Part shown: piece by piece, positions 42,539-55,483 of the stretch | Layout of the letters: each line of letters begins with the position of its first letter | Position numbering within the stretch: position 1 is the stretch's first letter | DNA from: Flaccisagitta enflata | Lineage: Eukaryota | Assembly: GCA_965153355.1 (NCBI GenBank) | Contig: OZ231126.1 | Coordinates: 45,632,001-45,696,000, forward strand | DNA length: 64,000 nt | Reading direction: 5' to 3' | Translations under genes and position numbers: made by a program | The notes under the pieces: model-generated | The model's input: only the letters and a program-made list of their open reading frames with translations | Told to the model about the DNA's origin: nothing | Database searches by the model: none

Positions 42539-42886
42539 CGCATCTTCGTCCACACATCAACCTTCAAGTCTACGTCTCTTGCGCCAGAGCACTGGCCACG
42601 TCTTCCGGTTTGTAAGAAGTTGAATGTTCATGAGGTTCTAAATGGAAGATTACTTAAAGTTTCATCCAAGAAAAATACCCTTTATGTTTGGAATAACCAG
42701 GGTGCCCAATGGGCATATCCTGAATATGCATGTAGGATGTGTGTGCATAGGGTTTACAGTTTGGTATGGCATTTCTATGGAGTACACAGTAACTCGAGGC
42801 AATAAATGCGATTGTTAATTGCCGATGCGATGGTTGTAAACCAATTCTAAGTGATTTTCCATTGCCACAGACCACTATCAGTAAAA

Positions 42887-43147
42887 AACAAGGCCATTAG
42901 ATCGACCTATGTCCCGTGCGTCGGCAGTTTCAAAAAAAGGTCAGGCAGACAGACGGATAATTTTTTTTTTTTCAAAAGCACTTTTTAAAAGGCTTTTTAC
43001 TCCTCCAAGTTTCTTCTCTGCCATTCAGAGCCATCAAAAATGCGATAAAAAGCCTTAAAAACGACTTTGTAACGGACTGACCGACCGACTGACTGACGGA
43101 CCGACCGACAAAGTGGCTTATAGAGTCGCGTAGCACGTGACTAAAAA
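42887..43147 (-). mobile_element. HINE family A variant downstream of RPLP1
   Basis: Reverse complement of the TTTTAGTCACGTGCTACGCGACTCTATAAG start and GGCCTTGTT end; GACC/GACT tract. Confidence 0.65.
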
Positions 43148-43550
43148 TCTTTGGCAAGTGATCGCTCCAGCTAAGCAAATTACTTATGATGAGTTCCAGC
43201 GATTGATACGCCATGAATCTTTTAATAACATAAATCTAAATAAAACACGAGCTTTCGCGAAGTACACATGATAAATCACTCAAAGGTAAATGTTAAAAAA
43301 AATGATAATTCATCTTTCCAAGAACAGTTACATCGTGCAATAACATGAGGACCTCGTCCTTAGTGTGGAGTAGTAATGTTGTCCAACTTTCATGTCTCAA
43401 GAAACAATTTTCACCAGTTGTTTTTTTTTTCTTTTTACATGATACGAGCAATAAAAGGCAAACAATTTGAAATGGTCGAACAATTTCTATCTGTTGTAGA
43501 ATGATTTTCATAAATTTTGCATCCGTTATAGTGGGTTTCCACTGTGATTT

Positions 43551-43693
43551 TTAGTCGTCAAATAAAGCGAAGCCACCACAACTACTATCAGAATCTTCAT
43601 CAGATTCTTCCTCCTGGACTTCTTTTACTTCTTGTTTGGCAGATGTTAAATCGGTTCCAGCATCCGCGCCGTTAACAGCGCCTCCGACATTAC
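43551..43693 (-). CDS. RPLP1: RPLP1-like coding exon 3 (hinge plus acidic tail ...[20 protein letters not shown])
   Basis: Acceptor aatttcAG|; phase matches exon 2; TAA at 43553-43551. Confidence 0.92.
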
Positions 43694-44714
43694 CTGAAAT
43701 TGGTCAAGAATTTATTGAATATCAGAGAAAATATTTTCATGTCTGAATCAATAAACATTAAACGATGATTAATTATTGTTGAGCAGGGGCCATACTTGCG
43801 GTCTTCAGAGCATTTGGGCAGGAGCAGTGACACAAAAGACCGAAAAAACATAAAGAATAGTAAAACGTGACCGAACAACCGACGCGATAGACGGACAAAG
43901 CGGAGTGTAGAGTCACGTAGCTCGCGACTGAAGATATATACATTGTTTATTAAGTGCGGGTGAGCAGGGGTGGCGAAAAAAAGGAAAGTGTGACCGACGG
44001 ACGGACGGACCGACCGACGGACAGATCGGGTTATAGAGTCGCGTGCACGCGACTAAAAAAACAAAGTTGAACCCCGCTCCTACAAACCCGTCGATTACAA
44101 ACTTTTGCCTGTTTTCAACTCCGCCCATGGTGAACTAGGATAAATTGTTTTCCAAAATTTGTTAAAGCGAGAGTCAAAGTAACGAAGAGCTTTCATGTTT
44201 TTGTCGGAACTTCTATCAGAATGCTGTATATTTCAACAATTGTTGCCGTTCTTATCATAATTTCTATACTATAGGCTATAGGCTCTTACCGGCGCTGACA
44301 ATCGAAGCCGCAGACCCAAGGGATCCGAGAAGTGCCCCAATGTCCGTGCCCTCGAGAGCTTTGGCAAAGAGGGTGGGCCAGTACGGCTCCACGCTTACAT
44401 TAGCAGCTTTTAGAATGGTCGTGATTTTGTCAGCCGTGATGGGAATACCTGAAATACACATGAACTAACTTTTCAAAAAAAGAAATGTACCCTTTTATTA
44501 CCCTCCAAATGATCGTGTGCGGTTGAACTGGCCTTAGCTGGGGCAGTACTTACGGACGGGCGGACAGACGGACTGAATGAAACTTCGTCTCCGCTGCAGA
44601 TTGCAGAACAAATGTAAATACAACTTGGAAATTTGTTTGAGTAAATTAACACTTACCGTCATCATGAAGGATTAAAGCCGCGTAGATGCAGGCTAACTCG
44701 TCGTTGGACGCCAT
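43551..44714 (-). CDS. RPLP1: 60S acidic ribosomal protein P1 (P1/P2 stalk family), 3 coding exons: join(44714..44657, 44448..44290, 43693..43551), 119 aa; divergent C-terminus
   Basis: Manual splicing gives 58+159+143=360 nt in frame with two phase-1 GT-AG introns (208 and 596 nt). Protein: [119 protein letters not shown]. The [14 protein letters not shown] and VEPYWPxLFAKAL motifs are diagnostic of eukaryotic P1, and the acidic tail ends in FxLFD. Confidence 0.95.
43780..44060 (-). mobile_element. Two family A HINE fragments in RPLP1 intron 2
   Basis: AGAGTCGCGTGCACGCGACTAAAA at about 44035-44058 and AGAGTCACGTAGCTCGCGACT at about 43909-43929, each with a GGAC/GACC tract. Confidence 0.7.
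44290..44448 (-). CDS. RPLP1: RPLP1-like coding exon 2 ([34 protein letters not shown]...VSA)
   Basis: Acceptor tatttcAG|, donor G|GTAAGA; overlaps ORF-track entry 44276..44461. Confidence 0.95.
44657..44714 (-). CDS. RPLP1: RPLP1-like coding exon 1 ([19 protein letters not shown] + G)
   Basis: ATG in gaaaATGG context at 44714; donor G|GTAAGT at 44656. Confidence 0.93.
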
Positions 44715-44870
44715 TTTCTCGTTGGTTTGAAAAAAAGGTGCTTTCAAATTTCGATTTTGGCGAAATATTTATAGAGAAATGAATTTGACAGTCTAGATGA
44801 CGAGAACTTTGCCACGAAGAGTGACTTAAAAAATAAAAGATTTCATGTATTGCGAAATGATGAAGAAACG

Positions 44871-44884
44871 AAAAGAAAGAGAAA
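44871..44884 (-). promoter_or_regulatory. Candidate TCT/5'-TOP pyrimidine initiator of the RPLP1-like gene
   Basis: Minus strand TTTCTCTTTCTTTT fits the YYC(+1)TTTYY TCT motif typical of ribosomal protein genes, about 165 nt upstream of the ATG. An upstream ATG in between weakens this call. Confidence 0.3.
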
Positions 44885-45347
44885 CGAAATTGCCTCGACA
44901 ATAGGGGTTGACTCGACGTCGAAAGCGATGATAGTTCCTCAGTGTTAGGCAAAAATAGAGGAAGTAACAAAACTGATGATTCTCTTTTTCAATTTTCTAT
45001 ATCAACCTGCACTTTCTGATCGCGGACTTGCGGCTCTATAAGACGTCGAGTCCGTCCGTCGGGCTGAAAAAACAGAAATACAAAATGATATTAAGACAAA
45101 AGGACGGAATGAGAGAAGGACAGAAAGGCAGAAAGGCAGAAGGACAGAATATGAGAGAGACAAAATCAGAGAATGATAAAGGGGTAGATGAACAGAAAGA
45201 CAGAATCACAGAGAGAGACAAAGATAGAGTAAAGATGGTATACTTGGATAGAAAAGCGGACGTTGTTGGTGTCCATGTGGAAGAAGAGACCATGCATCAT
45301 TTGTTGTCCTTTTCAAAGCCGCTTTTGGCGGCGACGGCAACGGCGAT

Positions 45348-45402
<55 letters not shown>

Positions 45403-46557
45403 GGACGCCGATGACGCCGCACGCACGGGGCGCCGACAAGGAATGGATGACAACGCCGAGGCAAAGAAAGAGCAATGACAAAGGCGCGGATATGGTCACA
45501 ATTACAATACTATTTGAGGGGGTGGTGATAGAATAATAGGGGCAAACCGAGCGATCGAGGACAAATGTGAACCAAATAAAAAAAAGTATCTCATCAGCAA
45601 AAATTTATAATTTAGAACAATTTCCTTTTTTCATTTTCAGTCCCGGCATCTTAAAAATAGAAATACTTGCCTCGTTGAGCTCACATTAAAGATTCCAGAT
45701 CAGCATATTGTTCTCTTCCACTAGGACGACGGTTTAAATTTTTCTCTTTTTCGTTTAGGAAAAAACAACACATTAAAAAAAACTGAGATGATCCTAATAG
45801 CTAGTGAATAAGAGGGTTATCTAGGCAACGAGTGAAGGAGCTTTTCCCCAATGATTCAACCCGTTGACAGAAAAGTATTGGACTATGTGACAGTGAGACT
45901 AGTAACCGAATCACAAAGATACAGTGGAGCACTACAAGAGTGCTCTCGCTGATAAGGCACGCCCGCATATAAGGCATACAACTTATAGTCCTATGAGAGA
46001 TTTTATAATCACTTCTATGTTTGGCAATAAGACAGCTTCTTTTTCAGTTTGTTTCAGTCTCAGTCCCTGAACATGCATTCCAGCGAAGTTCAACTGTAAT
46101 TGCAATGCATCGTTGGAAGAATGACATGAAAAGGGAGGAGAACGAGGATGTATGAAAATCAGCTTCTTAGTTAGCCAAGAAAGAGTCTTGTAGCATGTAC
46201 ATGTGCAGAAATGTCAATGCGTGGAACAGTCTTCATGCTTTTTTATCATCAGTAAAAATCTTCTCTTAAAGATTAGCCTTAAGTAGAGAGAGAGAAAATA
46301 AGTTTAGAGAGAGAGAGAGAGAGAGAGAAATATGTTGGGCGAGATGTAGGGTTAAGATGTGGGCGAAAGGACAGCAGAGGCAGCCTGGCAGATAAGTCGC
46401 ATTTGCCAAGGCTTAAAGTTTAAACATGCCATTTTCTTTCCTCTCGGACTCTTAATCGATGGAAGAATTGGAGGAAACCCTATTGGAACAAAAGAAAGAA
46501 ATGAAGAAAGGCAGGGGATGTGGAGGTGGGGGTGAGGATGAGCAAAACACACACACG

Positions 46558-46665
<108 letters not shown>

Positions 46666-47415
46666 CACACACGTTATCTCCTAGGGAATCTTAAGATTAA
46701 GGGGAGGACAAGAAAACTATTAGAATTTGCTTTGTAGGAAACGTCACTAAGGTTTTATAGTTTTGCCGATCGATTTTTCATGTCATCCTAATTTCACATG
46801 ATTAACGTTGGATTTAGGAATTTACAAGGATTTTTTAGTTGGATTTTAACGTCGTTCATAAACGTAGTGAAGGAGAGGGGGGTGGAGGAAGGAGGGGTAG
46901 AGGGCGTTTAGTGGGGAAGAAAACGGATGAACAAAAGGGGAAGTGTAAAGAGGAAGGCGTTGAAAGGATAGAAGAGAGAGGAGGGTTGATGGGAATAGTT
47001 AAGAGGATAGAAAGGGTAAGAGAGAAGTGAAGAGAAAAGGAGAGAAAAGAGGAGAGGTTTTGAAAGTGATAAGAAGAGCATTCGGCACAAGTACAACGAA
47101 GAAGGAGGAGCAGCGCTCTCGAGTATCTTGGCTAAATATCATCAAAAGCGTCGAAGAGGTTGTCCAGACTTTGACAAATGGGCGCGAGGGTTTCCGGGTT
47201 TTGATTGCAGATAGCAATTAAGCCTCTTGGAGCTGCGAGCGCAAACAACGACCGCCAACCCTATTTTCGTAAAGCAGATAGCATGGCGTTCTGTCTTTCT
47301 CTCTTATTTCTGAATGTTACTTTTTTCACTATCTTTGTCTTGTGTCACTTTCACTCTGTCTTCCTGCCTTTTGAGTCCCTCTGTCTCTCTCTGTCTCTCT
47401 CTGTCTCTCTCTGTC

Positions 47416-47461
<46 letters not shown>

Positions 47462-47844
47462 CTTTGTCCATGTTTGTGTCTTTGCCCACTCTGTCTCACT
47501 CTCGCAGCCTGTGGGATCTGATAACGGAATCGATACCTTGAGAGACCCTCTTCTGACAGGAGTGTATCTTGGTCGGTCCGTTGGTTCGTTGATGCATGAT
47601 TTATGTGTCCCATGACGAAGTGAACCACGGTTGGAGGTGGAAGTGTTGGAGGAGGTAGAGGAGGCAGAAGAGGAGGAGGAGGAGAAGACGTAAGATTGTG
47701 TCGACGCCCTCTCACTTTTAGGCGTTAGCGTCATACAAGGATACAGCAGAAAGAACCGAGAAATAGTTTTCATCTCTCTAAGTTACTGCTGTTTCCGTTT
47801 TTGCTCTCTCTCTCTGTTTCTCTTTCGCATTCTCTTACTCTTTC

Positions 47845-47953
<109 letters not shown>

Positions 47954-48173
47954 TCCTTAACTGATGATCTGATGTGACTTTTAATTTTTAGCCACCGTGC
48001 TTATGTTATCAAAAGTCTGCTTGGGAACCTCCGACCTCGATGATCACTTCACTCATTCTTCACTTCTTCGAGCCTGAAAACCAGCCTGAAAATAAAGGTT
48101 CAACATTGAGGAGAGTGAGGGTACTTTTTCACATTGATGCGGGCTACTAGGTCGGTTTGCTTCCTTTATTTGC

Positions 48174-48768
48174 TTTTTGGGCAGCGGCCCCGAAGGGGCC
48201 GATGACCTATGCTTTCACACAGGAGAAATTTCTCCTCCTCCTTCTTCTCCTTCTTCTTTGAACCCCCCCCCCCCGACTCCTGGCCCATATCTCAGCCTCA
48301 AGACCCAAATCCCAGCCGCGAGGCTCAAATCCCAGCCTGGAGGCTCAAATCCCAGCCTGTAGGCTCAAATTCCAGCCTGGAGGCTTAAATTCCAGCCTCA
48401 AGGCTCAAATCCCAGCCTTGAGGCTCAAATTCCAGTCTTGAGGCTCAAATCCCAGCCTCGAGGCTCAAAACCCAACCTCGAGGCTCAAATTCCAGCCTCG
48501 AGGCTGAAATCTCAGTCTCGAGGATCAAATCCCAGCCTCGAGGATCAAATCCCAGCCTAGAGGCTCAAATCCCAGCCTCACGGCTCAAATCCCAGCCTCG
48601 AGGCTCAAATCCTAGCCTCGAGGCCCTAATTACAGCCTTGAGGCTTAAATAAAAACAGCATAGGTCATCGGCCCCTTCGGGGCCGCTGCCCCTCTAACCA
48701 CCTCACACACACATAAACTCACATAGGGGCAACGGATACCGCTGACCATCTAACGCTTTTGCGACTAT
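48174..48768 (+). mobile_element. Family E HINE-like element carrying a 20-bp minisatellite (AGGCTCAAATCCCAGCCTCG)
   Basis: Perfect 35-bp inverted repeat GGGCAGCGGCCCCGAAGGGGCCGATGACCTATGCT / AGCATAGGTCATCGGCCCCTTCGGGGCCGCTGCCC, then a tail ending CGCTTTTGCGACTATT. Confidence 0.85.
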
Positions 48769-48884
48769 TAAAGTAACAAGGGTCAAGGCCGAATACATAG
48801 CAATCCAAAGTCAAGCATCAAGTTTGGTAAATGCAGCGCTGGGACGAAAACAATTTCATCATGAGGTTAAGCAGCTTATTAGTA

Positions 48885-49318
48885 TTTAGTCACGGACATG
48901 CAACTCTACGCCTTGCCGTATCAATGCGTCCGTCCGTCCATCGTTCCGTTGGTCCGTAACATTTTTGAATCGCGAGCCGTTTTTATGTGCGTCTGTCAAG
49001 AGGGTCTGTCCGTCAATCGATCCTTCCATCCATCCATCTGTCCGACCGTCTGTCCATTACGAGTATGCAGAAAACGCGTTTCTCGGCTGCTTTTGGCCAC
49101 GGGGAGATCCTATATTGGATCAAAAGATCATGTTTTGAGAGCCTCCTTGATTACTCGGTCGTTTCATCTGTCTGTTCGTCCATCTGTCTCTCCATATATG
49201 TCACATGTTCAATACACACAGAGACACAGTCCGGACGCATCATTGCTCGGTCGGGCTTGTTGCTTTACTGCCCCTGCCCAACAGTCCGCGACTGTCCTGC
49301 CGTGTTTCCCGCCTTGTT
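48885..49318 (+). mobile_element. Family C HINE with a nested family D element (48981-49261)
   Basis: Removing the insert restores GCGAGCCGTTTT|GCTTTACTGCCCCTGC, matching the family C body at about 24040-24066. Confidence 0.7.
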
Positions 49319-49382
49319 TTTTCCCTCCCCATACCTCCCCATACCTGTTTTTCTGTGACAAGCTGAACAACATCTGAGAAAA

Positions 49383-49571
49383 TAAGGCCGGGTACCGAAG
49401 TCGCGTGCAGGTGGGCAAGGACCATATTTGAGGTCACCAGACCATTTGGGCAGGAGTATCGAGGTCGAAGAAATAAAATCATAAAAAAAAGTAAAGTTCG
49501 ACCGACCAACCGACCGACCGACCGACCGACGGACAAAGCGGGTTATAGAGTCGCGCGCACGCGACTAAAAA
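49383..49571 (-). mobile_element. HINE family A
   Basis: Reverse complement of 414-631 with a small 3' deletion. Confidence 0.78.
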
Positions 49572-50181
49572 CAACCCCTCGAAATCGATGGACGAACATA
49601 CAGATGGACAGACAGTTGGACAGACAGAGCCTCTCATAAATTTGCGTGTCCACGACTAGAAAGAAAAAGGAAAAAGAGGGAATCTGAAAGTGACGATGGA
49701 AGATAAGCTGTTGAAGTTAATGTCAAGATATCATTTGCATATTGCAGTTTCTTAATGACTACTCCATTGTAACTTCGTTAATTTGCCATTCAGGCAATTT
49801 GAATTAAAATCATAACTTTAACAAAACTTTTGTTTTGCGTAAGTATTAAAACAAAATCTTTTGTACGTTTTAAAGTTTTCAACATCGTTTTGTGTTTCAT
49901 GTAGCTTACCATGACTCAGATTTATACAGATGAGTAGATTCGTGAAAATTTGGGTGTAAGTGGTAACTTTGTGTTTAATGACGCTAATCTTTTGAGATCA
50001 ATGGCCCGGTTAGTCGACTAATCATAAATTATATCGGGCGGTCACCAGTGTTGGTCAACTGGCAAAAAGGGGGTCCTTTGTAATTTTCCAGGTTGAAACT
50101 GGAAGTGGTTTTTTGCAAACAAATTATTTGCAGCAAGCGTCTCATATATTACACTACGAAATAACTGTGTGTGTGAGTGTG

Positions 50182-50500
<319 letters not shown>

Positions 50501-50631
50501 TCTCTCTCTCTCTCTCGTCCACATTCTTACTTTTTCTCTTATTCTAACTCCCTCACTCTGTTGTTGTTGTTATCTTAGATTTGCTCTCTATTTTTCATGC
50601 ACAAGCGTGAGCAAGCGTACTTTTCAGAGCG

Positions 50632-51099
<468 letters not shown>

Positions 51100-51388
51100 T
51101 TACTTTCACACACTCCCTTTTATCTGTGGTTGGTGTTCAGGGAATACAAAATTCGCAAATTACATTTTACACCAATCTACAAGACGACAGCCTGATAAGG
51201 CCTAATTGGTCTTGTGAATCAAATTTGTTTGACCTCGGCCCTGATTCGTGAATATTTTAGGGACCTCTGCGGTGTTAACCTATTTAGCCTCTTGCCACAA
51301 CGGCTACTACGACGGCCACTACATGATTCAAACTTCAGGTTAAAAATTGTCAGGAGCCTCTGTGACCGTCCTGATTGAGGAAGCCAAG

Positions 51389-51444
<56 letters not shown>

Positions 51445-51671
51445 CAGGGAAGGGGGAATTCAATTATCTTTAATCGATCTGTTCACAATACCAGCAGCTT
51501 TGACTTTTTTCTCTTTCTTATCTCCTGTTTAAACAGTTTTCAGGACCACACTCCAAGTGTAGATTCAGGGCGTAAAAGAAAGAAAGAAAGAAGAAAAAGA
51601 CAGGAATCGAAAATTTTCGTTTTCAATCGATCACAGATGCACCCGAAACAGTATCTTGAAACTTCAACCCT

Positions 51672-51761
<90 letters not shown>

Positions 51762-52331
51762 ATTTCTACCCGCATCTACAAAATCAAGTCAATCATGTTC
51801 ACACGCCCCTCCCCCATCGTGCATTGGTCGTCCCCCTTTCCCCTTTTTAGTTGCGAACACGCGACTCACCACCTCGCAGAATCGTTCCCTTTTGGGTCGA
51901 TTCCTCCGTAACACCTTTGAATTTCTGTAGTTTTTGTCTTTTTATGGGGCTTTAAGTCAGTTTGAGTTTTGCGCGTGTGTGAGATTGGGAGTCTTTTTTC
52001 TTTTTTGATACTGCCCTTGCCCAACTGTTCGCGACTCATGCCCTTTGAAGGGGCCCTTGCCGGGCTTTGTAGGGCTTGTTTTTTTTTCAACCGCCTCTTA
52101 TGCAGCTCCATCAGAAATTTTGTTTGCAGGTATATCAGTTTTTTTCGATACTTTTCCATACTTGAATAAGCCTGACCGGGCAACGATGCTTCCAGACTGT
52201 ACCTCCGCGTGTATTTGAATTTGCATATATTTGGCGCTCAACATCTTTTTTAATTTTTGTTTTCACTAATACGCCTGAAAGCAAGGCAACTGTTATGCCT
52301 TGTATTGTCCTTGCTTATTTTTTCGCTTTCC

Positions 52332-52399
<68 letters not shown>

Positions 52400-52470
52400 T
52401 CCTCTCTCTCCTCTTCTCACTTTTAGCGTTGTCTTTCCTTTTACCTCCTTCCTTTAACCTCCGCCCCTTT

Positions 52471-52730
<260 letters not shown>

Positions 52731-53734
52731 AGAGGCAGAGAGGAAGAGGGACAGAGAAGCAGTGACTGCAAAAGAAGAAGTGAGAAATAGAAAGAAAGAA
52801 AGAAAGAAAGAAAAAAAAGAAAAAAAAAAGAGAGGCTGCAATAGAGGAGGCGTGTCTTAATAAATTCCACCTGTCACCACTGTGTCAGTCTTTCTGCAAC
52901 AGATTCCCATTGACTTCCATGATTTGGATTCTATTTCGCTCTGTTTTTGTCTGACCTGTGACTCCGAATTTGGACATGTGATTTTCCTCGTTCCCGCTGC
53001 ATTCAGTCATCATCGAGCCCAACTGTGTAACATTTTCTCCAAGACTTGCTCTGTTACGTTTGCCGCGATTTCGACGTTCCGTACCTGATTTTTATCGCGG
53101 GCGTTCACGTGACGGCAACGTGGTTGATTTCTTCTCGACTCCGCGGCAGATTTTTCGTCAGAGTTTTTGTCTGACTTGTCTTCTTTATATCAGGATGAAT
53201 TGAGTTTTCTTTCTCCTCCGGCTTTTTCCATTTCTTTCCTTTTCCTTTTTTTCTTTTTTTTTTTCTTTTTTGTTAATTCTTTTTTTCTTCTCTTTTTTCT
53301 TCTTTTGGCCTTCATGGATTTTATATCTTTTTCCTTCCCTCTTTCTTTCGCGTGTTTTAGCACTTTTTTTTGCAGGATTTTCTCTTTTTTTTCTGGCTTT
53401 TTCCTTTTTTTCGCGCATTTCGGTTTTGCTTTGGTGATCTTTCTTTTTTTTTAACTGCACGTTGTGACTTTTCTCAGAATTTCTATTCAGTTGTCAATTG
53501 GCTTTAGTTTGGGGGTCCGCTTTCACAGTAAAGCATCAATGACGCAGTTCAGGGCAGCAATGATTTTTTCGCAAGAAGCTCACATCACCATTGCACAATC
53601 TTTTCTACTCTCAAAGATAAGAACTCACAGCTAAACAGCATTTGTTTTGTTTTGTTTTGTTTTGTTTTGTTTTGTTTTGTTTTGTCTTGTCTTGTCTTGT
53701 CTTGTCTTGTCTTGTTTTGTTTCGTTTTGTTTTG

Positions 53735-53789
53735 TTTTCGCTAGCAAAGCGATTCTATGAGAGGCTTTGTCCGTAGGAAAGAAAGAAGG

Positions 53790-53840
<51 letters not shown>

Positions 53841-54056
53841 GAGGAAACGAAGAAAGGAAGCAAGGAAGGAAGGTATGAAGGTCCGTAACGCGAAATTTCG
53901 GGTGACGTAAAATCGCCTTAAATACTGATTTTACGGTATTAGGGCCGATGCCCAGCCACATCACAGCCCGCCCACCTACATACTACCCCTGCCCACTCGC
54001 ATTACTGCCCCTGCCCACCCACCAATTACTACTGATTGGCCATGTATCAAGCCTTT
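53735..54056 (+). mobile_element. HINE-like element with (AAGC)n/(AAGG)n in place of the GTCY tract
   Basis: CGCTAGCAAAGCGATTCTATGAGAGGCTTTGTCCGT start and CCCTGCCCACCC...GGCCATGTATC end resemble families B and C. Confidence 0.5.
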
Positions 54057-54183
54057 CTTTTTTTTGCTAGCAGTTTGATTAAGTAGAACTATCTATCTCT
54101 AAATATGCTGCCAAAATTTTAAAAGTACCAACATGATCACAAACTCGTATCTGTTTTTCTCATGTCTATTATTATCATTATTA

Positions 54184-55483
54184 TTTTTAGTCGCGTGCTA
54201 CCCCACTATGTTGGTCCGTCGATGCGTCGGTCGGTTGGTCGGTCGGTCCCTCCTTCTCCTTCTCCGTCCACCCCCTTCGGAGCTCATATTCTAGCCTTGA
54301 GGCTCAAATCCCAACCTATAGGCCCAATTCCGAGTCTCGAGGCTCAAATTATAGCCTCAAGGCCCAAATCCTAGCCTCAAGGCTCCAATCCCAACCTCAA
54401 GTCTCACATCCCAACATCGAGGCTCACATCCCAACTTCGAGGCTCATATCCTAGCCTATAAGCTCACATCCCAGCCTAGAGACTCAAATCCTGGCATTGA
54501 GGCTCAAATCCCAAACTTGAAGCTCAAATCCCAGCCTCAAGGCTCAAATCCTAGCTTCAAGGCTAAAATCTCAGCTTCAAGGCTCAAATCCCAGCCTCGA
54601 GGCTCAAATCCCAGCCACAGACTCTCATCCGAACCTCAAGGCTTAAATCCCACCCTCGAGGCTGAAACCCCGAATCCCAACCTCGAGGCTAAAATCCCAT
54701 TATTGATGCTCACTTTCAACCCTAGATCTTCAGAAACTTACTGAGCCCCTTTGGGGCCGCTGCCCCTCTCACCATCACACACCCACATATACTCACATAG
54801 GGGCATCGGGTGCCGCTGACCATCTAACGCTTTTGCGACTATTTACTTTTTTGGCGTTTTTGAGCTTTTTGGGCAGCGGTCCCAAAGGGCCGATGTCCTG
54901 TAGAATACAGGGGGGAATTTCGAGACGTCCGTCCATCCGTCCTTCCGTCCCCCCCCCCGGTTGATCATCAAGGCCTCAATTTAGCCCTCCAGGCCTCAAA
55001 TAAGCCCTCTTGGCTTCAAATCAGCCCCTCCATGCCTCGAAACTGCCCTCCAGACCCGAAAACTGCCCTTAAGACCTCAAATCTGCCCTTCAGCCCTCGA
55101 AGCATAAGACCAGCCTTCGAAACCTCAAATCAGCTCTCTGTGCCTTGATTATGCCCTCCAGCCCTCAAATATGCCTTCAGTGGCCTATATCAGCCATCTA
55201 GAGCTCCCTCAGGATAGACAGAAGGACGGACGTCTTGAAATTCCCCCCTGTGTTCTACAGGACATTGGCCCTTTGGGGCCGCTGCCCTGCTCTCACTCCA
55301 CTTCTTCACTGGATCACTCCCAGCAGGGCATCGGGTACCGCTGACCATGTGCGATCCTTGGATGACTAGTTGAGCATACGGCTCCTGCCCAGTCTGGCTC
55401 CTGCCCAGATGCCCTAGTGACCTTCTTCAGCACTACTCCTGCCCACCCGCACGCGACTAGGGTAGCCGTGTGTCCGGCCTTGT
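54184..55483 (+). mobile_element. Family A HINE containing two nested family E minisatellite elements (about 54251-54843, 5'-deleted; about 54867-55370)
   Basis: Family A start at 54184 and intact A end (CCCGCACGCGACTAGGGTAGCCGTGTGTCCGGCCTTGTT) at 55483; family E termini and 20/21-bp arrays lie in between. Confidence 0.75.

Noticed and set aside
43548-43557. RPLP1 stop codon overlapping TTTTTAGTCG, identical to HINE 5' ends
   Set aside because: Only 10 nt match, and GAC-TAA is the normal P1 ending, so it is likely coincidental.
46999-47290. Unique-looking sequence with short ORFs on both strands
   Set aside because: No domain similarity I can recognise and no clear splice signals.
48290-48650. 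Regular short repeats superficially like a CRISPR array
   Set aside because: The units are directly adjacent with no unique spacers, there are no cas genes, and the context is eukaryotic.
52884-53085. About 66-codon stop-free stretch on the minus strand (GTERRNRGKRNRASLGENVTQ...LLQKD*)
   Set aside because: Weak, purine-rich acceptor and no recognisable homology; compatible with chance.
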